A stretch of DNA of 64,000 bases, from assembly GCA_964035545.1 (NCBI GenBank), contig OZ037768.1, forward strand, positions 22,105,319-22,169,318, given 5' to 3'. A program made the translations under genes and the position numbers. This document shows, one piece after another, positions 29,501 through 42,607 of this stretch (position 1 is its first letter; each line of letters begins with the position of its first letter). The notes beneath the pieces are model-generated. The model worked only from the letters and a program-made list of their open reading frames with translations, was not told where the DNA came from and did no database searches. This DNA is from Bugula neritina (taxonomy: Eukaryota; Animalia; Bryozoa).

Positions 29501-32500
29501 ATTATCCCCTGCAGCTGTCCAGTGACTCATTTTATACTGTGTGTACTGAGTGTAGACTGTATGTGTACTGAGTAAAGACTGAGTGTAGACTGTATATAGA
29601 CTGTATATAGACTGAGTGTAGACTGAGTGTAGACTGTGTGTAGACTGTGTGTAGACTGAGTATAGACTGAGTGTAGACTGTGTGTAGACTGTGTGTACAC
29701 TGAGCATAGACTGTGTGTAGACTGTGTGTAGACTGAGTATAGACTGTATATAGACTGAGTGTAGACTGAGTGTAGACTGAGCATAGACTGTGTGTAGACT
29801 GAGTATAGACTGTATATAGACTAAGTGTAGACTGTGTGTAGACTGAGTATAGACTGTATATAGACTGTGTGTAGACTGTATATGGACTGTGTGTAGACTG
29901 AGTGTAGACTGTGTAGATAATGTAAATAAGTGCAGCCAGTCCTTGTAATAACCAAACCCCCCTACACATTCTATGCTAACCACTTGCAATGATAACACCA
30001 TTATATTTTCATACACTGCCTGATAAAAAAGCTGCCACTTTCCCCTTTGGAGTTCCTCACTCCACCCCCTCATTGGAGTGCCTTGATCCACTCACCCCTG
30101 TGCTGACAAGAGACAGCATTATCCTCTCATTACAAGCTAGAGATTCTCCACCTTTCATCTTGATTCTCTTTTTGTCCAGACATTTCATGGCGTACCTACA
30201 CAAGATATAGAGGTAAGTAATACCTACCAAGATATAGAGGTAAGTAAAACCTACACAAGATACAGAGGTAAGGAATACCTACAGATAAATACATGATAAG
30301 CTGGAGTACATTAATATAAGTGTAGAAAACTTGCACATTTAATAATCACTTGTGTGAGTTACGAAAAACTATTTTAAATGTAGGATTCATCTATTTCTAT
30401 TGACACAACTTCCCACAGGAACATGTCTTCACCAACTCAGAAATTGCTGGAATCTTTTTGGTTCATTAAAGACACACTTAATTCCCAATAAAAGTAAAAC
30501 ATTTTATTAAACGCTACAGTCAGGAGGAGAAAATCCCCAGCTTCCGCCTCGAAGCATATAAAATCATGAGTCAGACATTAAGTGAAGCCGGAGGATACGG
30601 TGGGCAAATGGAGCACCTGCCTTAGCATGGCACAGGAAACAATGTTCCATTATAGCTGTAATGTAGCGTGTCAGAAGTTGTTTGTACACATTAATTGCCA
30701 AAGCAGTAGCTAATAGTAGGGTAGAGTAGGAGTGACCTGTCTATACCAGTACTATTTGTATTGATTTTATATTAGCTACAAATAGGCTGCCAAGCAGTAA
30801 AATGTACACCGTGATTATAGCAGTAGTTAGTAATACACTGTAGCTAGTAGTAGTAGTAGTGGGAAGGGGGCGCCACCTACCTCCCCCAACCACGCAGTGC
30901 TGAAACTGGCTAACTCATGCAAGTCACTTGTAATAGATTCATAACACCCAAACAAGTAGATTAAAATGCAAGAGAAGTACAAATCATCACCACTGCTTGT
31001 GTAATTTATGCAGAGAGCTTATACATGGCCTTGTCATACAGGAAACCAGACTTTAAATCTCATTTTATTCAGCACTACTAGGTTTGCCTGGTCCCATATA
31101 TAAAATAGGATTCCTATTATTTTAACAAATCTTGTTAAGTTAATGCTGGTTAAGTTGCCTAGTCCAGACATGCGGGATAAAGTGTAACCAATGTTATGAC
31201 GGAACTGAAAATTTAACATTAAAATCAACCATCACTGACTACACTAACTACAGTGACTACAGTAACTGCACTGACTACAGTAACTACACTAACTACAGTA
31301 ACTACACTGACTACACTAACTACACTAGCTACAGTAACTGCACTAAGTACAGTAACTACACTGACTACAGTAACTACACTGACTACAGTAGTCCAAGTGA
31401 TGGTGACAGGTCATCTCCTGACTTACATTTTGCCAGTATCGGCTTTCCTGCAGCCGTAAACTTCACCAAAGCCACCTCGGCCTATGATCCTGTGCACACT
31501 GAAGTCATTCATGGTGAGCTGCAAGAGAGACAACTCTAACAGAGTTCTGTTACCTAGCAACACACGCTCAACCTCTCTACAACTACAGTGCTCCCTCAGT
31601 ATCTCACTAAGCTGTGGGTCCTAAAACCTCAATTCATGACATAGGAGAATACCAGATTTCACTCACAGATTCGCTAAATTCAGCCATTTTGTCTCTATAC
31701 ACACATACCTAAGCCACAAAACGGGGATTCACAAGTTATCAAGTTTGCAGGAGGTTCTATGCACTGTAGATACAAACACACCAGAGCTATTATATTGTAT
31801 TTGATGGCCAATAAAAGTATACAGCAGCCTTCTAAGAATAGTGGAATGTCAGGCAGCCATTATTTCTTCAATACTCGGCCCATTGTACACATTGACTATC
31901 TTACCGCCATGTTTAATTCTAAGTTCTTCCACTGACAGAATCTTGTGTATTTTTCGCTGCAATAAATAAAAAAAATTGCTGCAATAAAGAAACCCGTGGG
32001 CACATGAGCACAGCACAAAGGGAAAGAGAAGCCGCAAATTTTTTGATTGAACAGTTTAGGTATTATTGTATTGCAGGCCGTCTAGTGAACTGCTTCATGG
32101 TTAACATTTTCCATTTCTAGTTAATATGCATAGCCACGTGGCTGTAAGGGGAGCAGTTGCAAAGTTAGAAGCTTCCAGAAGCTCTGCTGAGTTTATGTTA
32201 GCCCATAGCAATAACCCTTAGCAGTAATGGATAGGCACCACCCACTAGTTCGCCTGGCGTAGTGTAGAATAGGCTATAACGTTGCATAGGCAAATATAAA
32301 TATTATTACTATTGGTAATTCGTGCAGTAGTCAGTCGAATCAAATGTGATTGAGTCTAGAGGTGGTTTACAACTCTGATCGTATGATATAAACCAGCCAG
32401 GTAGAGTAACAGCTATAAATATTCCTCCCGAACCAATAAACACAGGTGCATATAAAACCATCCAATTGATTATGAAATTACATGGCTGTGAATTTCTAAG

Positions 32501-35500
32501 ACATCTAATTACTACTAGTAGCCACGCCAGGTTTAAAGCTTACTAATTAAGTTGTGTACTGAGAGGGTGTTGTGAATGGGTGAAGCTAGGTCATCAAATT
32601 GCAGTTTCTATACAGCTATCTACATTCCAGTGAAATGAACATATTCACTGGTACACTAGTCAGGCAGCACAGCAGATGGCCTTGCTGGTGTCAAAAACAA
32701 TGCATAGATTGGCAGCAACACCACTTGCAGGGCTTCAGTCTGTAAATCACCCCGCTGAGGGGGTGGGGGTCACACCACTGTTGCTTTACTGTCTGTGTAT
32801 ATAATTAAACACAGCGACTAAGATAGAGGGAGAAAGAGGGGGAGAGAGAGGGGCAGTGAGAGAGAGAGGGGATAGTGAGAGAGAGGGGGAGAGGGGATAG
32901 TGAGAGAGGGGGCAGTGAGAGAGAGGGGATAGTGAGAGAGAGAGGGCAGTGAGAGAGGGGGCAGTGAGAGAGAGAGGGGCAGAGAGAGAGAGAGGGGCAG
33001 TGAGAGAGAGAGGGGGAGAGAGGGGGCAGTGAGAGAGAGGGGGCAGTGAGAGAGAGGGGCAGTGAGAGAGAGGGGCAGTGAGAGAGAGGGGGCAGTGAGA
33101 GAGGGGTGAGCATGATCCACCGCTGTGTCTGCTACCAATCCCAGAGTTGGATAGGGTGTAGGGAAGATAATGACTACTGCTAGATAAATATTTTGATAAC
33201 TACTATACAAGTAGTAATATAATATTTGTAGTAGGTATGCATCAAAGGCATTGCAAGATATATTTGTAATAGACAGCATCCACTACAGGCCATTCAAACG
33301 TATATTATAAGATAAAGTGTACTTGAGATATAGCCCGAGTAGCTATTACCCAGGTCTATTAGTCTACAGTTACATACTAACCTTTCAAGGAACTTTGAAA
33401 AGATATCGCCTCGGAGGGAATAGCATATTTCCTTGATGTAGGGCTACAAGGTAACAAATATAATAATGACTTTACATAAAGTATAGATTAGAGATCAAAA
33501 GAGGATCTAGCCTTAAACCCCCAAACACACCTGTGGGGAAATCATCTACCAGACCCTACATTATACAAAAAAAAGATAAGATGTAGACTATAAAGGTGAA
33601 CAGTTGGGTCCAACAGTGTTTTGTCGATACTGTTTTCACAGCCAGTTTGAATCAGGATTTGTGCTGGTGATCCCCTTAAGCAAGTAATACGAGATTAACT
33701 CAAGAGAATTATAACACTTCCTTACACAAACATGCGTGATTAAACCTCCAGTTTGCAATACTTCACGTGGACAGATTCCAATGGCTGTTTTCACGACTGA
33801 CTAACTGCATACGTAGTATTACGTGGTATTTACTACAAGCATTGTGGGAAGCTGTAGATTTTGGGGTGCTTAAAATGTTTTGGAAACTTCCTCAATGGCT
33901 GTTGTTTACCTCGTAGCAGTTGAATAAATTACATCCAAAATTTGATATAATAATTTTGTTTACGGAGAGATAAAGTTACGTTTGCATTGGCAGATTAATT
34001 CCATAGTGAAAGACTCAAGTAGCAAATGCTAAGCTAGTAAATGCCAGGACATAGCTGCAAGCCTACACTAGACTGGTTGGAGAGAAAAGGCCAGTGTACC
34101 AGTAAGTCTTCCCAGGCTTGTAATCAATTTCGAGTACACATCAATAAAATGTGCACTTTAAGTTGTGTAGTAACCATGTTGTGTTATTCAATTCGGTGCA
34201 GTTGTATATTGTTATAAACTTGAGTTGGGTTAATTGCCTGTCTTTCTCAAATATTATCTAGCAGACTAAATAACTGTACTACTAACTACTAGTAACTGTA
34301 CTCCTAACTACTAGTAACTGTACTCCTAACTACTAGTAACTATACTACTAACTACTAGTAACTGTACTACTAACTACTAGTAACTGTACTACTAACTACT
34401 AGTGACTATATACTACTAACTACTAGTAACTGTACTCCTAACTACTAGTAACTGTACTACTAACTACTAGTAACTGTACTACTAACTATTAGTAACTATA
34501 CTGCTAACTACTAGTAACTGTACTCCTAACTACTAGTAACTATACTACTAACTACTAGTAACTGTACTCCTAACTACTAGTAACTGTACTACTAACTACT
34601 AGTAACTGTACTACTAACTACTAGTAAATATACCACTGCCTAGTAGAAGCTAAGTCTGAGCTGAATAATGCAGGACCTCTTACAGGCGACTTCATTTAAA
34701 AATCAATTTCTGCCTTTAATATGTTTATTTAATAACATTAATTTTTGCAGAGAAAATCAATGGTTTAATAAAGAGGCAGTTGCACGAAACTAGGTGATCT
34801 TAAACAGGAATCTCTTGAAATAACAACAATAATTAGCTAGACTTAATTAAGCTGAGTGCCCACAAGCTTTCAAATATCCAAAATGGAGGCATACAAGATT
34901 ACAATATAACCAAACAGGCAGCGACAGCAATATGTGACCAAGTCCAGTGGTGTTTGATGCACCTTCTTGGGTTACTCACTACTCACTCACTGAATACTAA
35001 CTAACTAACTTACTCACTAACTAACTGAATCCTAATTCACTCACTAAGTAACTCACTGAATACTAACTAACTCACTCACTCACTCGCTGAATACAAACTC
35101 ACTGAATAATAACTCACTCACTCACTCACTCACTCAATACAAACTTTACCTCTAACTAACCTCAAATATATTTGTGGCAAGTTTCCGTGACTTCTGTGCC
35201 TGAGTGAGCGCTTCTTGGACGCAATTGACTGTATTTTTGCTGTACGTCTAAAAGGCAGCAACACAGTCTAACATTATGATAGAAAAAGTCTCTGTTAAAG
35301 AAATAGTTTCATTAAAACACGGAATAATCTAAACAACTCCCGACGGAAGGGACACCTACATGAGAGCGAGACACCAGTTCCTTCATAATAAACTTATCGT
35401 ATATCTCCCTCCCCTTCTCTATTCTCTCTTCATCCGAATCCAGCTTGGAAAACTCTTGAATCTAGAAAAAAAACATTTCAATGGGACTGAAAGATTTCCA

Positions 35501-38500
35501 ACACATTTATCCAACACTGGGAAGGAGATGCATTAGAACAGCTGTGGGTTGAGTGTAGCTCAAGATATCCCACAATGCAGAAAGTGATAAAACCAATCTG
35601 TGGCCTACAAGAGCGTCACAGCTGGTGTGAATGAGAAATACCAACTCTACACGATGTAGAAACACCACTGAGACTACACACATAGTTTATAGAATTAGCT
35701 AGCTGAAAACAATTTAAAAACCATATTCCAACTTTCAAATCACTGTTTTATTTCAGGCTGTCAAAACATAATACAGCTGGACAGCAGCTGGACAGCACAT
35801 GGTAAGCTGACTCTGGTACTGCACGGAGAAATGAAAATCTAACAACTTACTTTTTCATAGAACTCCAGCTGAGAAACTGGGGCCTCAGATAACTGGTTGC
35901 AATACTCTTTAAAGATCAGGAAGCCTTGGGAATAAAATAGACGAGAATTAGGGTTCACAAAATCACACAAAATGCACAGCTTAAATGATTGATATATGCT
36001 GCAATTCCACGGCAGCAAATATAGTCAAGGCTGCTGTGAATGCTAGACTTAGTCTGAGTTCTCAGTACCATGTTGAATATAGTCAAGGGTGGGGGTGGAG
36101 AACCTGTTATATAATAAATTAGCCACAGTGATTACAGGCTGGAAAAAGAAAGTTTCAAACACAACACATGATTGCCAAGCTGAAAAGTGCAGGAATATAA
36201 CACACAAATTAGTAATTATAGGTTTATTATTTCCGTAATCAAAACTGCGAGAGTAAAAGTTACTAAAAATAATGGGTTGGAGATGATTATATAATATTAA
36301 AAATATTCTGAGAAAAAGTCTTCAAGACTTATTTAATAGTACAAGAACTAAAACTCACCTATCTGCTAACTATAACCCACCTATCTGCTAACTATAATCC
36401 ACCTATCTGCTACCTATGACTTACCTATCTGCTAACTATGACTCACCTATCTGCTAACTATGACTCACCTATCTGCCAACTACCACTCACCTATCTGCTA
36501 ACTATAACTCACCTATGCGCTGGTTGAAGATTTTGTCAAATGAGATCTCGCCATTTTTCTTTAAATATTTATGCATAATACTTCTAACACTGCAACGAAA
36601 AAGAATATGCATGTTTCATAACATCAAAACTTAATTATAATATTGTTTCATTATATAATAATACAGCCTTGGTCAGTGATGGCCATTATGACATATGGAG
36701 GAGACAGGAAAGCTATTTCCCTGATATTGGCAAGGGAATTTCTGCTAGAATACAGTATGGAAACCTCAGAGGAAAAACTCTAACAAATCACTCTTAGTAA
36801 TAGAAGATATAACAGAACGGCCTGCAATATACAGATATGTACATATACAGCAACAAAGCTTTAGTGTTCAATAGCCGGCAGCAGTAAACAACGTTTGGTA
36901 TAAACCAAGACTCACTTATAGCTTAGTTAGATCAGAAAATGAGGTAGATGCAGTAACAACACATTACAAAAAAGCTTGAGTTCCAGATAAGAAATATAGC
37001 ATAAGAGGGTACGTTTCTGGAGATTTTCAACTTGCACCCCAAACCAAAATTCATAGAGAATTAAAGAGTTTAGACTATAGCAATTTCTCCTTTATTACAT
37101 CTAAAAGTAACTTGGGGATCCAAATTTTATGCGAATAAAAACTCCAAGGAGTATATTGTATGTAGAATTTAGCTAGATAAAACATTGCAATCTTAGAACA
37201 GAAAAATTATATTCAGCCAACCGATACAGTATCAGTCCTTCTAAATTCTAGGGCCTATTTGGTGTTCTTCAGCTGCAAACTGGGGCTGTTTCTGAAGCAA
37301 TGATGAATCTCAAATACCACTTGGCAGAGCCGTGTGATTTAATTACAGAGGAAGTCAATGGTACTGGTGGTGGCAAGAAATTTGTCAACAAAGCTGTTGC
37401 ATAAATTGACTTAACTTGTTAATGCCCAGCAAGCTGAAAACAGCTGCAAAATGGAATCCAATTACTACTAGCTCACTGCGTAAAGTTCATATATGCAAGC
37501 TTACAAGCACAAAGAACTTAATTCTTCATTCTTACGTTTTCTCTAAAGAGGTTACAGTAAGAATTATTAAATATTAGCACATGAAGGACTATAAAATAGA
37601 TTTGAACTTTCAGTGCTTAATGATGTGGAAAAGTAGAACAAAATCTTAGCAGTTTTGAGTATCCTACAATTTAGTAGTATCCATTCAATAATTCAATAAC
37701 TTGCAGTATCACTAATTTACTCTCAAATAACATGTTTTATTACAAATGTATACCCTACATGTGTCCTCTGTATTCCCTACATGTGTCCTCTGTATACCCT
37801 ACATGTGTCCTCTGTACACCCTACATGTGTCCTCTGTATACCCTACATGTGTCCTCTGTATACCCTACATGTGTCCTCTGTATACCCTACATGTGTCCTC
37901 TGTACACCCTACATGTGTCCTCTGTATACCCTACATGTGTCCTCTGTATACCCTACATGTGTCCTCTGTATACCCTACATGTGTCCTCGGTACACCCTAC
38001 ATGTGTCCTCTGTATACCCTACATGTGTCCTCTGTACACCCTACATGTGTCCTCGGTACACCCTACATGTGTCCTCTGTATTCCCTACATGTGTCCTCTG
38101 TATACCCTACATGTGTCCTCTGTACACCCTACATGTGTCCTCTGTATACCCTACATGTGTCCTCTGTATACCCTACATGTGTCCCATGTATACCCTACAT
38201 GTGTCCTCTGTATACCCTACATGTGTCCTCTGTACACCCTACATGTGTCCTCTGTATACCCTACATGTGTCCTCTGTATACCCTACATGTGTCCCATGTA
38301 TAACCTACATGTGTCCTCTGTATACCCTACATGTGTCCTCTGTATACCCTACATGTGTCCTCTGTACACCCTACATGTGTCCTCTGTATTCCCTACATGT
38401 GTCCTCTGTACACCCTACATGTGTCCTCTGTATACCCTACATGTGTCCTCGGTACACCCTACATGTGTCCTCGGTACACCCTACATGTGTCCTCTGTATA

Positions 38501-40819
38501 CCCTACATGTGTCCTCTGTATACCCTACATGTGTCCTCTGTATACCCTACATGTGTCCTCTGTATACCCTACATGTGTCCTCTGTATACCCTACATGTGT
38601 CCCATGTATACCCTACATGTGTCCTCTGTATACCCTACATGTGTCCTCTGTATACCCTACATGTGTCCTCTGTATACCCTACATGTGTCCCATGTATACC
38701 CTACATGTGTCCTCTGTATACCCTACATGTGTCCTCTGTATACCCTACATGTGTCCTCTGTATACCCTACATGTGTCCTCTGTATACCCTACATGTGTCC
38801 CATGTACACCCTACATGTGTCCCACATACACCCTACATGTGCCCCTGTTTGTGTACTCTAACCTATCTAAACCACAAACCTGTTCTCAATGTTCGCAAAA
38901 ACTGATCAGCCGCATGTAGTTTTTAATTGTATACCTTTAGTAAAATGTACCTAGGTTTATTAATGCATTAGAAACATTACATTTTACATTGGTAAAGGTA
39001 AACACATAAATTATTTGAAATTGATGATGGGTTCAAGTTAAATTATTTTTTCACTAGCTAATTACTTTTTTCAGCTACAATTACAAACTGTAATTGAAAT
39101 TTTATATTTATAGAAGAAATACGAGTGCCTCATATATTTGATACGCATCTACAAAATTGGTTAGCATGAAAAATGCGTTCAGAAGTGTAAATGGAGTATT
39201 ATTAATGAGTACTTTAGAAATAAAACCTAATTTCCCTGGCGATCAGGTGCAAGCTGAATACAAATGAAACTGTAGTAGATATAAAATTTGAAGGCACTAC
39301 TTCAGTTGTATAAACAGAAGCATTAAGTTTTAGACTGCAAATTCTCAATTACAGATTCCCTAGAGGACAAATTTGTTAACTTGTATTACACAGTATATGT
39401 TCAGCTTGCTAATTGCTTGTATGCAAGCTTTCCAAGTGGAGTGATGCATATTTCTAAACTAGCTTTCCAAGATGCCTACTCCCCTACACCGTTACACATT
39501 TGAAATACATTTTATGGGAGCTTAATGCTAAATACAGAACTAACATGAAAAATGCAAAATAAATTATAAACTCAAAAAACTCAACTATTTGAATTGTGGC
39601 TTTAATTAAAATGAACCAAAATTCTACATATTAAAACTGAAACATAATTTTTGGAGTTAAGGTGTGTATGACTAACCTTAGCAAAAAACTACAGTGAAAA
39701 ACCTGAGTAACAAGTGTCATATATTACATTTTGTAAAACTTTTTTGATAGAATATGAATATTTCCTAATTGAAAAAACTGACAAAGGTATTGAGATAATG
39801 ATCTAAAAAAATAAAAATACACAGCAATCCAAATCGCACAATTACAGCTTCCTGATAAGCTATTTAACTTAGTCAAATTGCATAGATTAGAATGAAAGCC
39901 AAATCAAATCAGATTGATAATAGGTCCAACTCACAAACAATTTTTATTCTAATACTATTCATTTACTTTCAGTCTAATAACCATAGTTAAAGCAAGCCAA
40001 CATTATAAACACAAGTTACTATTTATATTAATGAACACAAGTCTGAAATTCCATATAAGTATATTTAACTTTGTCACCGAGACTACTTGGGACAGGAGTT
40101 ATATTTTAATAATTCTATACCCCATCATAAAATTGATTGAGTAACACCAAGATTATCATTATGATTAACCATTCGCATTTCTAATTATTGATAGTAAACC
40201 TTCATTCAATAATCATACTTAATTTCACATGCCAAACTTCAACTTATATAAATCTTTTTTAGTTTTTTAAGGTAGTGGTTAACTTTATTAGTAAACTATT
40301 ACTATCTCAGCTAGTTCTAAAGTTTACTTCAAAACTGATTGGACATCAAATTTGAGGGCGCAACTGGCACTGTGAGTGTGACTAAGTGAAAGTCAGTTAC
40401 TGTTAGTGTTACTGTAACTACTGTAACTGTAAGTCCAAGTGTAACCAACCGTAAAACTGCGCAATCTGATTCTGGCCGTTAGTGCGCGTGTTAGATAATG
40501 AGAGTTAATAGGAATTTCACTCCCAGTCACAGAGTCATACTAAAACAGAGACTGTCAGAGTGAGTGCCAGGCCCAGTGTGAGACTGAGTGTCCAGAGTGA
40601 GACTGAAAGTGACTGCGAGTGCCATTTAAGTTCATATCAGAGGTTAAACTTATGTTAAAGAGCCCATATCGGTTTTACAGTAGAACATTTATCTTGTTTT
40701 ACTAACCTAGAGTCTGGAAGAATAATTTTACGACTGGCTCGAGCTGCAGGTGTGTTTTTACTCTTTTCCATAGCCATTAAATAGCTAACATCGGCGAGGA
40801 CCGCTTCTAGGTCCGCCAT
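23553..40819 (-). CDS. GRK2: G protein-coupled receptor kinase 2 family (beta-ARK/Gprk1-type; RH-kinase-PH; 692 aa)
   Basis: 18 exons: 40707-40819, 36513-36589, 35851-35924, 35360-35461, 35161-35247, 33382-33443, 31905-31956, 31427-31518, 30096-30195, 28742-28954, 28527-28621, 27932-28106, 26731-26831, 26226-26388, 25251-25401, 24877-25034, 24332-24448, 23553-23699; total 2079 nt, in frame. [68 protein letters not shown], and a C-terminal PH domain. Confidence 0.97.
23845..24312. repeat. Purine-rich minisatellite (gagagaagggta-like) filling most of the last GRK2 intron
   Basis: Degenerate 12-14-bp GA/GGGTA units; explains the L/S/P-rich ORFs at 23617-24439. Confidence 0.9.
25058..25250. repeat. 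31-bp tandem repeat x6 making up ~90% of GRK2 intron 15
   Basis: gactcactactagtactagtgaatacacagt units at 25058, 25089, 25120, 25151, 25182 and 25213, with a partial unit at 25244. Confidence 0.95.
26448..26630 (+). mobile_element. tRNA-derived SINE, copy 2 (best preserved)
   Basis: A-box TGGTCTAGGGG at 26459-26469, B-box GGTTCGAACCC at 26503-26513, and the shared body. No acceptor stem or cloverleaf, so not a tRNA gene. Confidence 0.8.
27681..27825. mobile_element. Small MITE, copy 1 (TIR ~TGGAGAAATTGAGA(T/A)AGCCT)
   Basis: tggaaaaattgagaaaagcct ... aggctatctcaatttctcca. Homologous copy at 57331-57470 and a right-end remnant at ~58328-58361. Confidence 0.75.
27842..27918. repeat. 17-bp tandem repeat x4 (gtgaacatgacgaagg) next to the GRK2 exon-12 donor
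   Basis: Directly visible degenerate units. Confidence 0.8.
29535..29917. repeat. 10-bp minisatellite (tagactgWgtR-like), ~38 units
   Basis: Directly visible; explains the YTQSTHSL ORFs. Confidence 0.95.
30193..30283. repeat. 28-bp tandem repeat x3 containing the GRK2 exon-9 acceptor
   Basis: cctacacaagatatagaggtaagtaata units at 30195, 30223 and 30250, with a partial unit at 30278. Confidence 0.9.
31234..31391. repeat. 9/18-bp minisatellite (actacactaactacagta)
   Basis: Directly visible; explains the TTVTTL ORF. Confidence 0.9.
32825..33110. repeat. GA-rich minisatellite (gagagaggggcagt)
   Basis: Directly visible; explains the SLSLP ORFs. Confidence 0.92.
34270..34627. repeat. 22-bp minisatellite (taactgtactactaactactag), ~16 units
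   Basis: Directly visible. Confidence 0.95.
34971..35160. repeat. (ACTC/ACTA)n tract adjoining the GRK2 exon-5 donor
   Basis: Reads GTGAGTGAGT/GTTAGTTAGT on the sense strand. Confidence 0.8.
36353..36516. repeat. 22-bp tandem repeat x7.5 containing the GRK2 exon-2 donor
   Basis: (c/t)acctat cores at 36356, 36378, 36400, 36422, 36444, 36466, 36488 and 36510. Confidence 0.95.
37748..38845. repeat. 22-bp minisatellite (tataccctacatgtgtcctctg), ~50 units, GRK2 intron 1
   Basis: Highly homogeneous array; a stop-free unit gives spurious ORFs in all three + frames. Confidence 0.98.
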
Positions 40820-41009
40820 GATGTCTAGTCAGAGCTCTTCTGATAATTGCGACATCCTCCCTCAAAACGTCACGGGTCTCCCATGGTTACCAACATAATC
40901 TTAATTTTTGCATTAGCTTTCTGCTTTGTTTTTAATTGCAACAATATTTTTTTAATAGTAAATTTTTAAAATTGATATAATTGTGAAACTAGATTCTAAA
41001 ATTAAGCGA

Positions 41010-41399
41010 GATCAGACTGCATAATGTTAGTTTGGGAGCAGACAACTTTTAAAAAACCGGAACATTTGTTCCACAAACCACTACCATTGAACAACAGGAG
41101 AAAAGATGTTGGGGCATTATGTGATCTTCTCACTGGTCACAGCAGGCTCCTTTCTTTCCAATACAGGATAAATCTTACATACACCCCAGTATGTACTTGT
41201 TTAATAGAAGAAGAAACAGCATATCACTACATGTACTTGTGTGCAGACTATGATGTCGCCAGAGCTCATACTATAACTGGGAATCAGTCATTTCATTCTT
41301 GAACCTCACTAGAAGACTGATGTTCTAATTACCCAGAACAGATGACAACCAAGGCCAGGCTATAACACTCATACACTCAATATAATACTCAATACAATC
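41010..41399 (+). mobile_element. 5'-truncated 3' fragment of a non-LTR retrotransposon (C-terminal CCHC region plus repeat tail)
   Basis: ORF 41024-41302 has LLTGH..L...R......P.C.C...EET..H....C..Y, typical of the C-terminal zinc-knuckle region of I/R1/Jockey-group ORF2 proteins. Followed by the short-repeat tail acactcat-acactcaat-atactcaat. Boundaries approximate. Confidence 0.7.
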
Positions 41400-42607
41400 T
41401 TTATTTTCAAGCATCATACTGTATTTATATAATAATATTATATGTAGGTACCTTATAATATTAAAAAAAAAAAAAAACTGTTATACAAATATACTGTAGA
41501 TTGTATTTTTTATACATTCGAAAATATTAACTTTCATCTTTGCCTGCAAATAGAGGTATTTTCTTTTTTTCTTGTATTATTTTATCAATAAAGAGTTCAT
41601 CATCATCATAAAGAAAGTGTTTACAGTATCAAGATTCATAACAGTGATACTGTCCTTGGTATGCAACCAATAATTATGCTTCATGAAATAGTTATATCTC
41701 TATACTTGCAAATTGCATGGCATCCATGGGAGATTAATTTCAATGATGTCTATCAAATCTACAAAGTTTCATTTTTCAGTGTCTTAGTTTCAATGTAGAT
41801 GCAGCTCATGGTTGAAAGCTGCTACTTTTGTAGCTGAATATAGTGTGATTTAGTCTGCAATATTGTCATCAGTATAGTTGATGGCTGTTTACAAGACAGC
41901 TTTTTGAAACAATCATATTTGTTCAACTGCTTTGTAGTGATTAATTAATTATACTAATTACAGAAAACAAAAACAGCTTTTTTGTCCTGCAAGCTTCCAC
42001 TTAATAACCAGAGTAGGCAACATTGCTGTTTTTATACATTATTTTAGCAAATTTGTAGTCACAGAATATAATTTAAATTACATTGAATATGACAGATGAA
42101 CTAGTTCGTTTTAACATACTGTTGGTTGGCATTATATGATTTTGTGTTTCTCATTTACTCATCATCCTAATTTTCTAGATTTTTGTATGCTTGCAAAAAG
42201 TTAAATTTTTGAAGTATGACAAGAGAGTTTTGCACATATTCTGGCAAGCATGCTTATACTCCTGCACAGTTTTCAAATAAATTAATAAAAAAACTACAGG
42301 AATATTGGGTTTTCTTTTTATTAAAACTTGACCCAACAAAACAAAAAAAAACATTTTTCATAACTCTACCAAACCTAACATGTGTATCTGATATTTGTGT
42401 AATACACAGTAAAATGTATGAGTGATCAAGGAGGAAGTATAATTTAAATATTGGAATAATTTTTCATCAAAATGGTGAGTTCCGTTTCTTATAACCAAAT
42501 TTATGTCATTCAACATTGCTGAATTTAATGAACGATCATATTGAATAATAAGTAAAACACTACCACAGAAATACCAGAGCAAAAAACAGTGCAAACCTAA
42601 AAAGCTA

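Noticed and set aside
29492-30091. ORFs of 85-199 aa (YTQSTHSL repeats)
   Set aside because: Translation of a 10-bp minisatellite.
37732-38919. Long Cys/Pro/Tyr-rich ORFs (395, 374, 185 and 176 aa)
   Set aside because: Translations of a stop-free 22-bp minisatellite, open in all three frames and antisense within GRK2 intron 1.
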